Below the pieces are notes generated by a model. That model did no database searches and was not told the origin of the DNA. It saw nothing but the letters and a program-made list of their open reading frames with translations. The translations under genes were made by a program, and so were the position numbers. 20,000 nt of DNA. Source: Chrysochromulina tobinii. Lineage: Eukaryota. The stretch is taken from NCBI GenBank assembly GCA_001275005.1, contig JWZX01003001.1:47188-67187 (forward strand). Reading direction: 5' to 3'. Of the stretch, positions 8,497 to 18,081 are shown piece by piece. Within the stretch, counting starts at the first letter, position 1. Every line of letters starts with the position of its first letter.

Positions 8497-11400
8497 ATGT
8501 TGCACAGTCCCTCGGTATCGGAGACCTCTGCTGCGCAGGGCGTGCCCACGCCTGAGCCCAGGGGCGACTCGTCGGGTTCGATGCAGGACCGGGCCGAGGG
8601 CGCAGACGCGCAGCTCAACCTTCTGAAGGCGGAGGCCATCGCGCTCCGTGAGAGCGGCGACAAGATTGGGGCCCTTGCAAAGGTGCGCCAGATCCGGGCG
8701 CTCAAGGCGCAGCAGCAGGCGGACGAGCGGCAAATGGCGTTGGAGCTTGCGCATATGACGGGCCTGGTTTGGGCGCGGGGGCTGCTTGCCAACCCCGAGG
8801 AGCGCCGCAAGGTGAGTGACACGGAGTTCAGGCGGCAGGACGTGGATAACAATGGCGTGCTCGACAAGAGCGAGGCGCTCACGGTGGTCGAGCGCATGTG
8901 CACAAAGTTCGGGTTGACGTTGCCCAAGAAAGAGAAGATCAGCGAGCTCTTCAGCCTGTGCGACAAGAACGGCGACGGCGTCATCCAGATCGCCGAATTC
9001 CGCAACTACTTCCGCGTCGTGCTCGAGAGCTGTGTGGGCAAGGCCGAGAGCGAGCTGGCGGCGCGGTACAATGTGGAGCCGGGGGTGGTGGCGGCATTGA
9101 CGCCTTTGGCGGCGGGCACGCTCAATCCCGCGGCCGAGGGCCTCACCATCGGCGTGCCGATGACATTTCCCCGAAAAGACGTGTCGCCGGCGACGACGAG
9201 CGTGCGCTCCACCCCTCCTTCGAGCAGCAAAGGCTCCACGCCCCCTTCGAGCAGCAGAGGTGGAAGCTCGAGGATCCATGGGGAGTCGTCCAGCAACGCA
9301 GCATCCAGCAAACTCAGCAAGGCGGTATTCAGCAAGGCGTCGCCCCTCGAGAAGGTGCACGCGATGCGCCTGACGGCAGGTAGTCCAACGTCCGCGAGTG
9401 AGGTCGCACCCGGGTCGCCAACAACCCCTAACACCCAACAATCCCCTGTGAGCGGCGGTAAGGGGCTCTTGGGGCCTCAAACTCCCATCGACAACAGCGG
9501 CTCCCTCGCAACGGCATCTTCATTGGAGATCCTGATGGTCGAGCAGCGGCTTGCGACGCCAAGCGGGCCGAAGCCTTTCCCCTCCCATTCAGCGGCCGCG
9601 CCCTCTGCTCTCTTGGCCACGCCGCCGGCCGCGCCCTCTGCTTTCTCGGAGACGCCGTCAGCCGCGCCTCCCTCGGATGCACAGCCCGCGACGGCGACGC
9701 GAAGCTTCCCGAAGCCGCAGTCGACAATGTCGTTCCGTGAAGTCGCTCAGCTCAAAGGGATTGAATGGGTGCGCGCCCTCCTCGTCTCAGCTGAGGTCCG
9801 CCGCGCGCTCTGCAACGCGGAGTTCTCGGCGGCCGACCGATTTCAGAATGGGGCGCTTGATCGTGCGGAAGCGCTCGAGTGCGTGAAGCGCACGTGCGAG
9901 CGGTTCGAGGTCAGGCTGCCCTCAGCCGATAAGTGCGGCGAGTTCTATGACGCGTGCGACACCTCGCGTGACGGCAGCATTCAGCCGAACGAGGTGCGTT
10001 GTGCGCCATCTGACTGCATCGCGCGCCCTCTCTGCATGTACCCTGCGCCGTCGCCCTGCGCACTCATCTATTCTTGCCCCTGCCTCTTCAGCAGTCCCCC
10101 CCCTCACTTCCCCTCAAACCTTCCCACATCCACCCACGCCCCCTTCGTTTGGCGGCAGTTCTACGTCTTTTTCGTCACGCTGCTCGAGGCGTGCGTAAAC
10201 CAGTCTGAGAACGACCATCTGGCTGAGAAGGCCTCGAGAGGAACAACAGGAGACCTCGAGCATATTCTGAGCCAGAAGGACGTCGAACCCTCCTCCGCGC
10301 TCAAGGCGAAGCAGCAGGCGGACGAGCGGCAAATGGCGTTGGAGCTTGCGCATATGACGGGCCTAGTTTGGGCGCGGGGGCTGCTTGCCAACCCCGAGGA
10401 GCGCCGCGAGGTGAGTGACACGGAGTTCGGGCGGCAGGACGTGGATAACAATGGCGTGCTCGACAAGAGCGAGGCGCTCACGGTGGTCGAGCGCATGTGC
10501 ACAAAGTTCGGGTTGACGCTGCCCAAGAAAGAGAAGATCAGCGAGCTCTTCAGCCTGTGCGACAAGAACGGCGACGGCGTCATCCAGATCGCCGAATTCC
10601 GCAACTACTTCCGCATCGTGCTCGAGAGCTGTGTGGGCAAGGCCGAGAGCGAACCTGGCTACGCGACCTCGTCCGACTCCCTGCCGCCCCCAGACTCCGA
10701 CGTCATGGCAACCCAAATTAGGTTGCCGCCACCAGAATCCGACCTCCGCGGCGCGGGCGGCGACAAAGTGCCGCCGTTGCCGCCGCCGATGGCGACGCCC
10801 CCGTCGTCGAAGGTAGGAGCAGTGCCGCTTTCGTCCTCGTCATCAACTTCATCGACCTTTTACGGCTCTCTACTCTCCAAGAAGCCGGTCCAAATGGCCC
10901 TGGGCTTCCCACGCCAGACCCATGATCCGCAAAAGCGAGAATTTCTCGTCAATCGCAAGCTGATGGCGGGCTTCAACACGTGGCGCACCGCCGTCGCCAC
11001 CTTCCTCGAGATAATCCAGCTCACGGTGGGCCACTGGCGCGGCCAAGAGATGATGCGCGGTTGGAACCGATGGCAGATCCGGCGAGATGACACTTTCCGG
11101 TTGCGCGCTTGGCTCGAGCAAGCGCTGCGTATGGCGCTCGCCGTCGCCGCGGCGCGCGGTTGGCGAGGCTGGCTTGCAATGCTCGAAATACAGCAAGAAT
11201 ATCAGTGCTTGATGCGGTATAGCCTGGCCCGCTTCATGGACGCTCGTGCGCCGTGCGCACTCGCCTCATGGAAGCACGCGCTTCAGGTCGAGGCAAACCA
11301 GCGGCGACTCGCCAACGCTATGGCAACCGCCCTCAAACACATGCTGCAAAGACGGCACTCACTGGGTTTGAATACATGGATCATGAACGTCGAGAGGCGC

Positions 11401-14112
11401 ACGCAGTACAAGGCGGCGCTCCACCGCGGGATCTTTCACCTGAAGAAACGCTGCGAGAGCCGCGGCTGGAACGGGTGGGTCGAAGCGACCGAGGGTCGTC
11501 GGATGTGGGCGACGCGGCTGCGCTCCGTGCTGCGCACGTTCTCTCTGTCCAAAACGTGGCGCTGCTGGAACCGTTGGAAGGTGGCGACGGCGCTGCGGGC
11601 CAAAAAGGCACGCACCGACGGGCGTGCGCGTCACGTGCAGCGTCGTATATTTGAACGCAGGATCCTGCTTGCGTGGAACACGTGGGCCGAGCTGCACGAG
11701 GAGCGTCTCAAGACGTCCGAGGTGCTCGAGCGCGGCCTGAATTTCCTCCTGAAATGGAAGCTGCCTTCCAGGTGCTTGAACACGTGGGCCGATGCGTCGC
11801 GCGTGCAGATGCACACGACCATGCTGTTCACGCGGGGTATGAGCTGGATAAGGAATACCAGCGGCTCGCGCGCATTCGCAGCTTGGAAGTTCGCAGTCCA
11901 TCTCGCCTCTGCAAAGGCGCGCGCCGGCGCAAAGCAGTCGCGTGCCATCAAACGCCTCGCGAGCTTACATGTGGCGCGCGGCTTTGGTGCTTGGTGGGAG
12001 ATGGTGGAGATTGCAGCGGCTATGACACGCGCGTCGCGTCGCGTCTTGAGCCTCTGGGCACAGCGCCACGGCGGGCGGGCGTGGGGCGCCTGGCTGGAGA
12101 TGCTCGAGCTACGCGTCGCGTTTGAGAAGCAACTCGGCGTCGCGAGCCGTGTGCTGCTCCGTCGCAAGCTCAGCATTCGGCTAGGGCTGTGGAAGGTCCA
12201 CCGCTGGGCACGGCGCGTGGTGCTGCGTGGCGTGAGGCACCTGGCCAGCCGGCAGAAGCGCCGCTCGATGAGCGTATGGCGCGCAATTTGCCACGGACAA
12301 ATCGGTCATAAGGCGGCGCTGCTTCGCGCGGAGGAATACGGCTTGAGGACTTTCATGACGAGCGGCAGTTTCGGTACCACGGGCTCGACTAGGCTGCGCC
12401 ACTGGCGCAACCAGGAGCTCTCACGCGGATGGATAACGTGGATGGTGCTCCGCGCCAAGATGACGTCGGCACAGGAGCAAGCCTCACGCTCGTTAGCGCA
12501 CAGGCGCCGTTCCGCCTTAGCGTTCGGCTGGACCACGTGGGCCGCTGCGAGCGCCGACGGCTACGCGCGCCGGATGACCGAAACGAAGGCCAACTGCGTG
12601 CGGATGCTTCATATGCTGCGCGTGGGGCGCGCGTTTGGCGAGTGGGAGCTCAACTTTATCTCGAACCGCATTCTACTCGACAATGTGGCGCAGTCAATGA
12701 GCCGATTGCGCTTCAATGAGCTCTCGCGCGCGTGGCGGATGTTGGCCGGGGAGGTGGCGGAGCGCGGCGGCCGTCACGAGGCTATGATTGAACGCTCCGT
12801 CGCCTTCCTGAAGAAAAACGATACGGCACGTGCATGGAGCTTGTGGCATGCCGTGTGGCGGGAACTCGCGGCGCAATCTGAGGCGATGCGACGAGGCGCG
12901 GGCCACTTTATCCACGGCAATCGTGCACTCTGCTGGAACGCATGGATCGACTTTGGCGCCGCTCGTGGGCGCAATACGCGGCTGCTGCTGCGAGGGGTGT
13001 TCTTCTCGATGAAGTCGCTGCAGGCCTTTGGGTTTTGTTGCTGGCGCGACTTCGTCGCGCTCGAACAGGGGCGACGCACCAAAACACGCCGGATGACGCA
13101 TGCCATCCGCAACATTAATACACGGCGCCGATATGGGATCGCATGGACTTGTTGGGTGACAAGGTGCGAGAAGCGCTTCTCCGACAGGCGGCGCATCCGA
13201 CAGGCTGTGGGCCATTTCGCCAGTCGACGGCTCTCACGAGCTTGGGTGACGTGGGTGCCGCAGTCTGAGGAGCGCAAGCGCCACATCCTCCACCTACGTA
13301 ACGCCCTCCGCTTTATGGTGCGCAACTACAAGTCTCAAGCGCTCAAAGGATGGCGTGCCACGCACGCCTTTTTGAACGCGACGCGCGAAAAGAATGAGGA
13401 CATCGTGCGCTCCATTGTTCGCATGATCAAGCGTGGCAGTCTGCACCGCGGCTGGTGCACCTGGCATGCCATCTGGAAGGAGCGCGAGTGCATGCGACTT
13501 GGTACCAAGCTGAGCCTGGGGCATGCACGCTATCGGCTGTTGTCCAAAGTGTACGTGGCATGGCGGATGCATGCGGCCGAGATGCAAGCCGCCATTGACT
13601 TCGCCGCGATGCAATTCTCTCATGTCGTGGTCGTGCGCCCGCAATTGGCATCGTCACCCGGCGCGGCGCTTGCCCAAAACGGCGCGAAGCGCCAGCCAGG
13701 CACGCCTACGCCAGCCGTGCAACGGCTGTGGAAGTGCAGCGAGACGGCACAGCACGACTACGCCCTGCTGCACGCGGCACAGGAGGGCCACCTGGCGACC
13801 GTGCGCGTGCTCACAAACCGAGGCGCGCGCGTGTGTGTACGCGACGGCAAGGACCAGCGCAACGCACTGCACATTGCTTGCTTTGAAGGCTTCCTCGACA
13901 TTGTGCGCGTGCTGCTCGAGGTCGGGGACGTTGATGATTTCCTCGAGGCTCGAGATTTGGGCGGGAACACTGCCTACATGCTCGCGTGCATGCGAGGATA
14001 TTTGACGATCATGCGCGTGCTGAAGGAGGCAGGTGCTGACGAGCGCGCTGAGGAGCACGATGGAACACGGGCGAACCGTTCGTACCCGCGCCCTTCGAGC
14101 CGCGTGCAGTGA
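8497..14112 (+). CDS. EF-hand (3 pairs) / Sfi1-like repeat / ankyrin protein, ~1816 aa; exons 8497..9993, 10159..14112
   Basis: EF loops DVDNNGVLDKSE and DKNGDGVIQIAE (each twice), DRFQNGALDRAE, DTSRDGSIQPNE. About 25 [R/K]x[W/F/L]xxW motifs spaced ~30-36 aa at ~10950-13570. Ankyrin repeats ALLHAAQEGH, NALHIACFEGF, NTAYMLACMRGY at ~13760-14045. First in-frame ATG at 8497 (alternative 8581). Confidence 0.85.
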   Translation: MLHSPSVSETSAAQGVPTPEPRGDSSGSMQDRAEGADAQLNLLKAEAIALRESGDKIGALAKVRQIRALKAQQQADERQMALELAHMTGLVWARGLLANPEERRKVSDTEFRRQDVDNNGVLDKSEALTVVERMCTKFGLTLPKKEKISELFSLCDKNGDGVIQIAEFRNYFRVVLESCVGKAESELAARYNVEPGVVAALTPLAAGTLNPAAEGLTIGVPMTFPRKDVSPATTSVRSTPPSSSKGSTPPSSSRGGSSRIHGESSSNAASSKLSKAVFSKASPLEKVHAMRLTAGSPTSASEVAPGSPTTPNTQQSPVSGGKGLLGPQTPIDNSGSLATASSLEILMVEQRLATPSGPKPFPSHSAAAPSALLATPPAAPSAFSETPSAAPPSDAQPATATRSFPKPQSTMSFREVAQLKGIEWVRALLVSAEVRRALCNAEFSAADRFQNGALDRAEALECVKRTCERFEVRLPSADKCGEFYDACDTSRDGSIQPNEVRCAPSDCIARPLCMYPAPSPCALIYSCPCLFSSPPPHFPSNLPTSTHAPFVWRQFYVFFVTLLEACVNQSENDHLAEKASRGTTGDLEHILSQKDVEPSSALKAKQQADERQMALELAHMTGLVWARGLLANPEERREVSDTEFGRQDVDNNGVLDKSEALTVVERMCTKFGLTLPKKEKISELFSLCDKNGDGVIQIAEFRNYFRIVLESCVGKAESEPGYATSSDSLPPPDSDVMATQIRLPPPESDLRGAGGDKVPPLPPPMATPPSSKVGAVPLSSSSSTSSTFYGSLLSKKPVQMALGFPRQTHDPQKREFLVNRKLMAGFNTWRTAVATFLEIIQLTVGHWRGQEMMRGWNRWQIRRDDTFRLRAWLEQALRMALAVAAARGWRGWLAMLEIQQEYQCLMRYSLARFMDARAPCALASWKHALQVEANQRRLANAMATALKHMLQRRHSLGLNTWIMNVERRTQYKAALHRGIFHLKKRCESRGWNGWVEATEGRRMWATRLRSVLRTFSLSKTWRCWNRWKVATALRAKKARTDGRARHVQRRIFERRILLAWNTWAELHEERLKTSEVLERGLNFLLKWKLPSRCLNTWADASRVQMHTTMLFTRGMSWIRNTSGSRAFAAWKFAVHLASAKARAGAKQSRAIKRLASLHVARGFGAWWEMVEIAAAMTRASRRVLSLWAQRHGGRAWGAWLEMLELRVAFEKQLGVASRVLLRRKLSIRLGLWKVHRWARRVVLRGVRHLASRQKRRSMSVWRAICHGQIGHKAALLRAEEYGLRTFMTSGSFGTTGSTRLRHWRNQELSRGWITWMVLRAKMTSAQEQASRSLAHRRRSALAFGWTTWAAASADGYARRMTETKANCVRMLHMLRVGRAFGEWELNFISNRILLDNVAQSMSRLRFNELSRAWRMLAGEVAERGGRHEAMIERSVAFLKKNDTARAWSLWHAVWRELAAQSEAMRRGAGHFIHGNRALCWNAWIDFGAARGRNTRLLLRGVFFSMKSLQAFGFCCWRDFVALEQGRRTKTRRMTHAIRNINTRRRYGIAWTCWVTRCEKRFSDRRRIRQAVGHFASRRLSRAWVTWVPQSEERKRHILHLRNALRFMVRNYKSQALKGWRATHAFLNATREKNEDIVRSIVRMIKRGSLHRGWCTWHAIWKERECMRLGTKLSLGHARYRLLSKVYVAWRMHAAEMQAAIDFAAMQFSHVVVVRPQLASSPGAALAQNGAKRQPGTPTPAVQRLWKCSETAQHDYALLHAAQEGHLATVRVLTNRGARVCVRDGKDQRNALHIACFEGFLDIVRVLLEVGDVDDFLEARDLGGNTAYMLACMRGYLTIMRVLKEAGADERAEEHDGTRANRSYPRPSSRVQ
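8698..9053 (+). repeat. 356-bp intragenic duplication, copy 1 (EF-hand pair module)
   Basis: Matches 10297-10652 with 6 substitutions by manual comparison. Confidence 0.95.
9994..10158 (+). other. 165-nt in-frame, stop-free intron
   Basis: GAG|GTGCGT...GGCAG|TTC, pyrimidine-rich. Removal gives SIQPNE-FYVFFVTLLEACV, matching the paralogous VIQIAE-FRNYFRVVLESCV. Confidence 0.85.
10297..10652 (+). repeat. 356-bp intragenic duplication, copy 2
   Basis: Offset 1599 bp from 8698-9053, same reading frame. Confidence 0.95.
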
Positions 14113-14727
14113 GATATGATGCAGCGACGGTGGCATGGTCCATGTGCATGCGATGGTTGGCATGATCGGTTCGGTTGGAGGGCGGCGCGTGGAGGGCGGC
14201 GCGGGCTAGCCCCCCTAGGGCCGGTTGACTGATCGGTTCCGGCCCGGACCAGTGTGATCGGGGGCTCCGGGCGCTGTTTCGGTTGTACAACATTTTACAC
14301 TGTGGGTTCCACCTGATGTCGTGCTGTGTCCGTTCCCGGCACCGCGCACGCGAATGCCAAGGCGAACGGCACGCCGGAGGTCCCGAGGACACGCGACGAG
14401 TCGATCCCCCCGCCCGCGCGCGCACGGCACTTCGCGACCGCACAGCTTCCGAAATTGACCTATGACCTCCCGCGCTGGCGCCACCGCCCACCGGCTCCGC
14501 AGCCTCGGCCTCCGCCAGTTCGGTTATCTCGGAGTGCCCCTCCGGCGCGCGTTCGGCTTAGCGTTTCCCGTTCTAGACCGTCAGACGCGAGACGCTGTGC
14601 CCCGTTGCCGTTCTAGCGGCAACACACACGCGCCCGCAGAGTGCACATACCACTTTTCATGCATCATGGTCATCTGTCGCGTACCTTGTCGACTTGTTTG
14701 CCGCACAACCCAAAATTGGCAAGGGCA

Positions 14728-16888
14728 TCATGCCCCTAATTTGGCAGGCGCGGAGCGAGTGACGCAGTGGCGCCGATGGGAGCCGAGGCCGGAGATGGAT
14801 TCAAATGGTCGCCCGCACGCGTCGCATATGAAGTTGCCGAAGGCGTCAGGCAGAACAGGGCCGGAATGACCGTTTCGATAGCGTGAGCCGCACGCAGAGC
14901 ATAGGGTGCCTGATCCACTCGGACCTGGTTCCTTGCCGCTCGTCTCTTGCCGTTTGCACTCGCACCACTCGCAGCGCCACTGGCCGCCGTCACAATCGCG
15001 GGAGTGTATACCCAGCGCGCGGAACGACTCGAAGGTGCGCTCGCACCGTTCGCAAGGGTAGCGCCCGTTGGCGTCCGTGGGCGGCACCGCGACATGCCCC
15101 GCGCGAAAGCGCGACGAGCATAGAGAGCACAGCGTCCCGCCGCCGTCTGGGCCCGGTCCCTTGCCGCTCGCCTCGTCCGCCTTGCACTCGCACCACTGGC
15201 AGCGCCACTGGCCGCCGTCGCAGAAGCGGCGGTGGCTGCCTAACCCCATGATGAGTTCGAACCCCTTGCCGCATTTGTCGCACACATAGAGACCCTGATC
15301 ATTCTTGGGCGGCGGCCCCGAATGGCCAGCGCGATGGCGAGCGCCGCAAGCGGAGCAGAGAGTGCCTCCGCCATGTGGACCCGGCGCCTTGCCACTCGTC
15401 TCGTCTGCCTTGCACTCGCACCACTGGCAGCGCCACTGGCCGCCGTCGCAGAAGCGGCGGTGAACACCGAGCCCAGGGATGTTGTCGAACGTCTTGCCGC
15501 ACTTGTCGCACATGTAGAGACCCTGCCCAGTTAAGGGAGGTCATCAGAGAGGCCATCAGGGTCAGGGAGGTCATTAGGGAGGTCATTAAGGAGGTCATCA
15601 GAGAGGCCAGGTCATCATGGCGTACCTGCTCGTTCTTGGGCGGTGGCCCGGAATGACCGTTTCGATAGCGCGAGCCGCACGCGCCGCAGAGGGTACCTGA
15701 ACCATTAGGGCCTGGGCTCTTTCCACTTGTCTCGTGCGCCTTGCACTCGCACCACTCACAGCGCCACTGGCCGCCGTCACAGTCGCGGGAGTGTATACCC
15801 AGCGCGCGGAACGACTCGAAGGTGCGCTCGCACCGCTCGCAAGGGTAGCGCCCGTTGGCGTCCGTGGGCGGCAACGCGACATGCCCCGCGCGAAAGCGCG
15901 AGGAGCACATAGAGCACAGAGTGCCGCCGCCATTTGGGCCCGGCCCCTTGCCGCTCGTCTCGTCCGCCTTGCACTCGCACCATTGGCAGCGCCACTGGCC
16001 GCCGTCGCAGAAGCGGCGGTGCGAGCCAAGACCCATGATGCTCTCGAAGGTTCGTTCACACTTGTCGCACACGTACTGCCCGGCCTCGTTACGAGGTGGC
16101 GGGCCAGCAGCACCACCCTTCCAGCGCCCGGAGCATGCAGAGCATAGCGTCATTGCGCCAGCAGGCCCAGGCCCCTTTCCGTTAGAATCTTCCCATTTGC
16201 ATTCGCACCACTGGCAGCGCCACGCGCCGCCGTCGCAGAAGCGGCGGTGGCCGCCGAGGTGTTTCATCGACGAGAAGCCCCGATGGCACGAGGCGCACAG
16301 GAACTCACCCTTGTCGTTCTGCACGGGCATGCCGTCGGCGCCGTGCCGGTAACGCTGGCTGCACGCATTGCAAAGCGTCTTGATCCCATTAGGCCCTGTT
16401 GCCCTATGGCTCGTCTCTGCCTCAGTGCAGTTACACCACTCGCACGCCCACGCCACCGAGCGGCCTTCGCAGAAGCGCGCGTGCGCGAAGAGACCGATGC
16501 GCGCCTCGTACGCCGCGCCACACGCCCGGCAACGCCACGCGCCGTCCGCCGACTTGCGCGCGTCCATGTCGACAGGCACCACCACCGGCAGCACTCCGCT
16601 GCGCCTGCCGCGCTTGGGCGTGAGCGATGGTGGCAGCAGCCATCGCTTGAGAGCGCGCGGCGCGCCATCGTCCGGCGGCGCGGCGGCGGCGGCCGCCGCC
16701 GCCGCGGCCGCCGCATTGCCGCCAAAGTACGCGATGCCGCCCATGCCGCCGCCGCCCCCGCCACCCTCATCGTCCTCAATGCCGTCTATATGCAGCCCAA
16801 GTCCGGTCATTGGCACGTCGTCCAGCTCCTCAACCTCAGGGCCTTCGTCGTCATCCTCGTCAGCCTCCGGGTGAACCGCCGCCTCCAT
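14728..16888 (-). CDS. Multi zinc-finger protein, 685 aa, with 8 CCHC fingers alternating with 7 GATA-type fingers; exons 15626..16888, 14728..15522
   Basis: C-x2-C-x12-H-x3-C fingers (e.g. CDKCGKTFDNIPGLGVHRRFC) and C-x2-C-x20-C-x2-C fingers with GPxGxxTLC(N/S/G)xC; acidic and Gly/Ala-rich N-terminus. Intron removal gives PPPKNEQ-GLYMC, matching the unspliced PPPKNDQGLYVC. Confidence 0.9.
15523..15625 (-). other. 103-nt intron with 12-bp repeat (ctgatgacctcc-type)
   Basis: CAG|GTACGC...GGGCAG|GGT; repeats at ~15535-15618. Confidence 0.88.
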
Positions 16889-17074
16889 GGTGTCTCGAAT
16901 GAGAAATCGGAGACGTGAGAAAGCGACACGACACCAAGCGCGTCCACGTCCGGGTGAACTTGGCGTGAAGACGTTCCGTCCGTTACATGTATCTCAACGC
17001 CTGCCGGGTTCAACATTTACACTCGCAACCCGGATCCAACGTCACACCGTTACTGCGAGCGTGGAAAGTCGACG

Positions 17075-17905
17075 TCACTTCTGACGCCTCTGACGCCACT
17101 TGTGGACCTTTTTGACAATGCCCTCGACCGTGGCCTTGATCTTGCGCCGCGGCCCCTTGCCAAGGAGCGCCTTCTCGATGCCGATGCGCTGCAGCGTCCG
17201 CGCCATTTTATCGTGACGCGCAGTGCGCTGCTGGAACTCTTCATAGTGGGCCGCGCGCTCGCGCTCGAGCTTGGCCATGGCCTTCTTGGAGAGCTGCGAC
17301 GAGCCGGCGGGAGCACCCGGCGGCGGGGCAGCAACGCTGCCATCCTCCCCGTCGACCTCGTCCTCCATGGTCGAGGCCGATGACGACGAGGGACCGGCAC
17401 CGCCACCGGCGCCTCGGCGCAGCGGCTTTGAGGACGCAAGCTCGGCCGGCGTGGCGCCGCGCGCACTCATGTCGATGCCGCGCGCGCTCGCAGCATCGTC
17501 GACGAAGATGGTGTGCTTATTCTGCAGCGGCGCGTCCAGCATGTGCAGCGAGGCGCGCAGCCGCTCTATCTTCTTCGCCTCCGCCGTCTGCTTGACCATC
17601 AGGTAGCCGGAGTCCTCACGCTTGAACTGTTTCATGTCGTCGGCCGTCGGCTGCTCGGCGGCCTGCTTGCGGTGCACGCCGTCCTCAGTTTTCGTGTTGT
17701 TCATCTTGAAGTAGAACTCATCGGGGTTGCGGAAGGCAGCCTTCTCCTTGAGCTTCCGGATGGCATCCTCCTTCTTGTGGAAGTCCTTGGCACGCAGCTT
17801 GTAGTCCTTCTTCTTCTCGAGCAGCCCGAGGTGAGCGCGCGCCGCTGGCTGCGAGCGCTCGCGATAGCTGCGCGTCTTGAGCACATGGCGGAGGCCGGAG
17901 TTCAT
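17075..17905 (-). CDS. UTP11: U3 snoRNA-associated protein 11 (SSU processome), 276 aa, intronless
   Basis: RERSQPAARAHLGLLEKKKDYKLRAKDFHKK...RNPDEFYFKM; KHTIFVD; C-terminal KWRQRRQK. Confidence 0.96.
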   Translation of the reverse strand: MNSGLRHVLKTRSYRERSQPAARAHLGLLEKKKDYKLRAKDFHKKEDAIRKLKEKAAFRNPDEFYFKMNNTKTEDGVHRKQAAEQPTADDMKQFKREDSGYLMVKQTAEAKKIERLRASLHMLDAPLQNKHTIFVDDAASARGIDMSARGATPAELASSKPLRRGAGGGAGPSSSSASTMEDEVDGEDGSVAAPPPGAPAGSSQLSKKAMAKLERERAAHYEEFQQRTARHDKMARTLQRIGIEKALLGKGPRRKIKATVEGIVKKVHKWRQRRQK

Positions 17906-18081
17906 GTCCGGGACTTGCTGGACTGTCCTCGTGTGCTTGCCTGCGGAATCTTCAAAAATCGCCGAACGAAACAGCGGCCGTGGTCGTCAGAGTCTATACG
18001 TAGTGATGACCAGATTTCGTGAATTAATTTTCGTCGCACCTTGGCAGCGCGCGGCGCGCGCCAGCGCAGCGTCGCTGATCC

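Noticed and set aside
14113..14727. Small ORFs between the convergent EF-hand and zinc-finger genes
   Set aside because: No recognisable domains; probably 3' UTRs.
15299..15625. C-terminus of the 529 aa ORF (SLMTSLMT...)
   Set aside because: Read-through of a repeat-filled intron followed by the wrong frame; splicing restores the zinc-finger frame.
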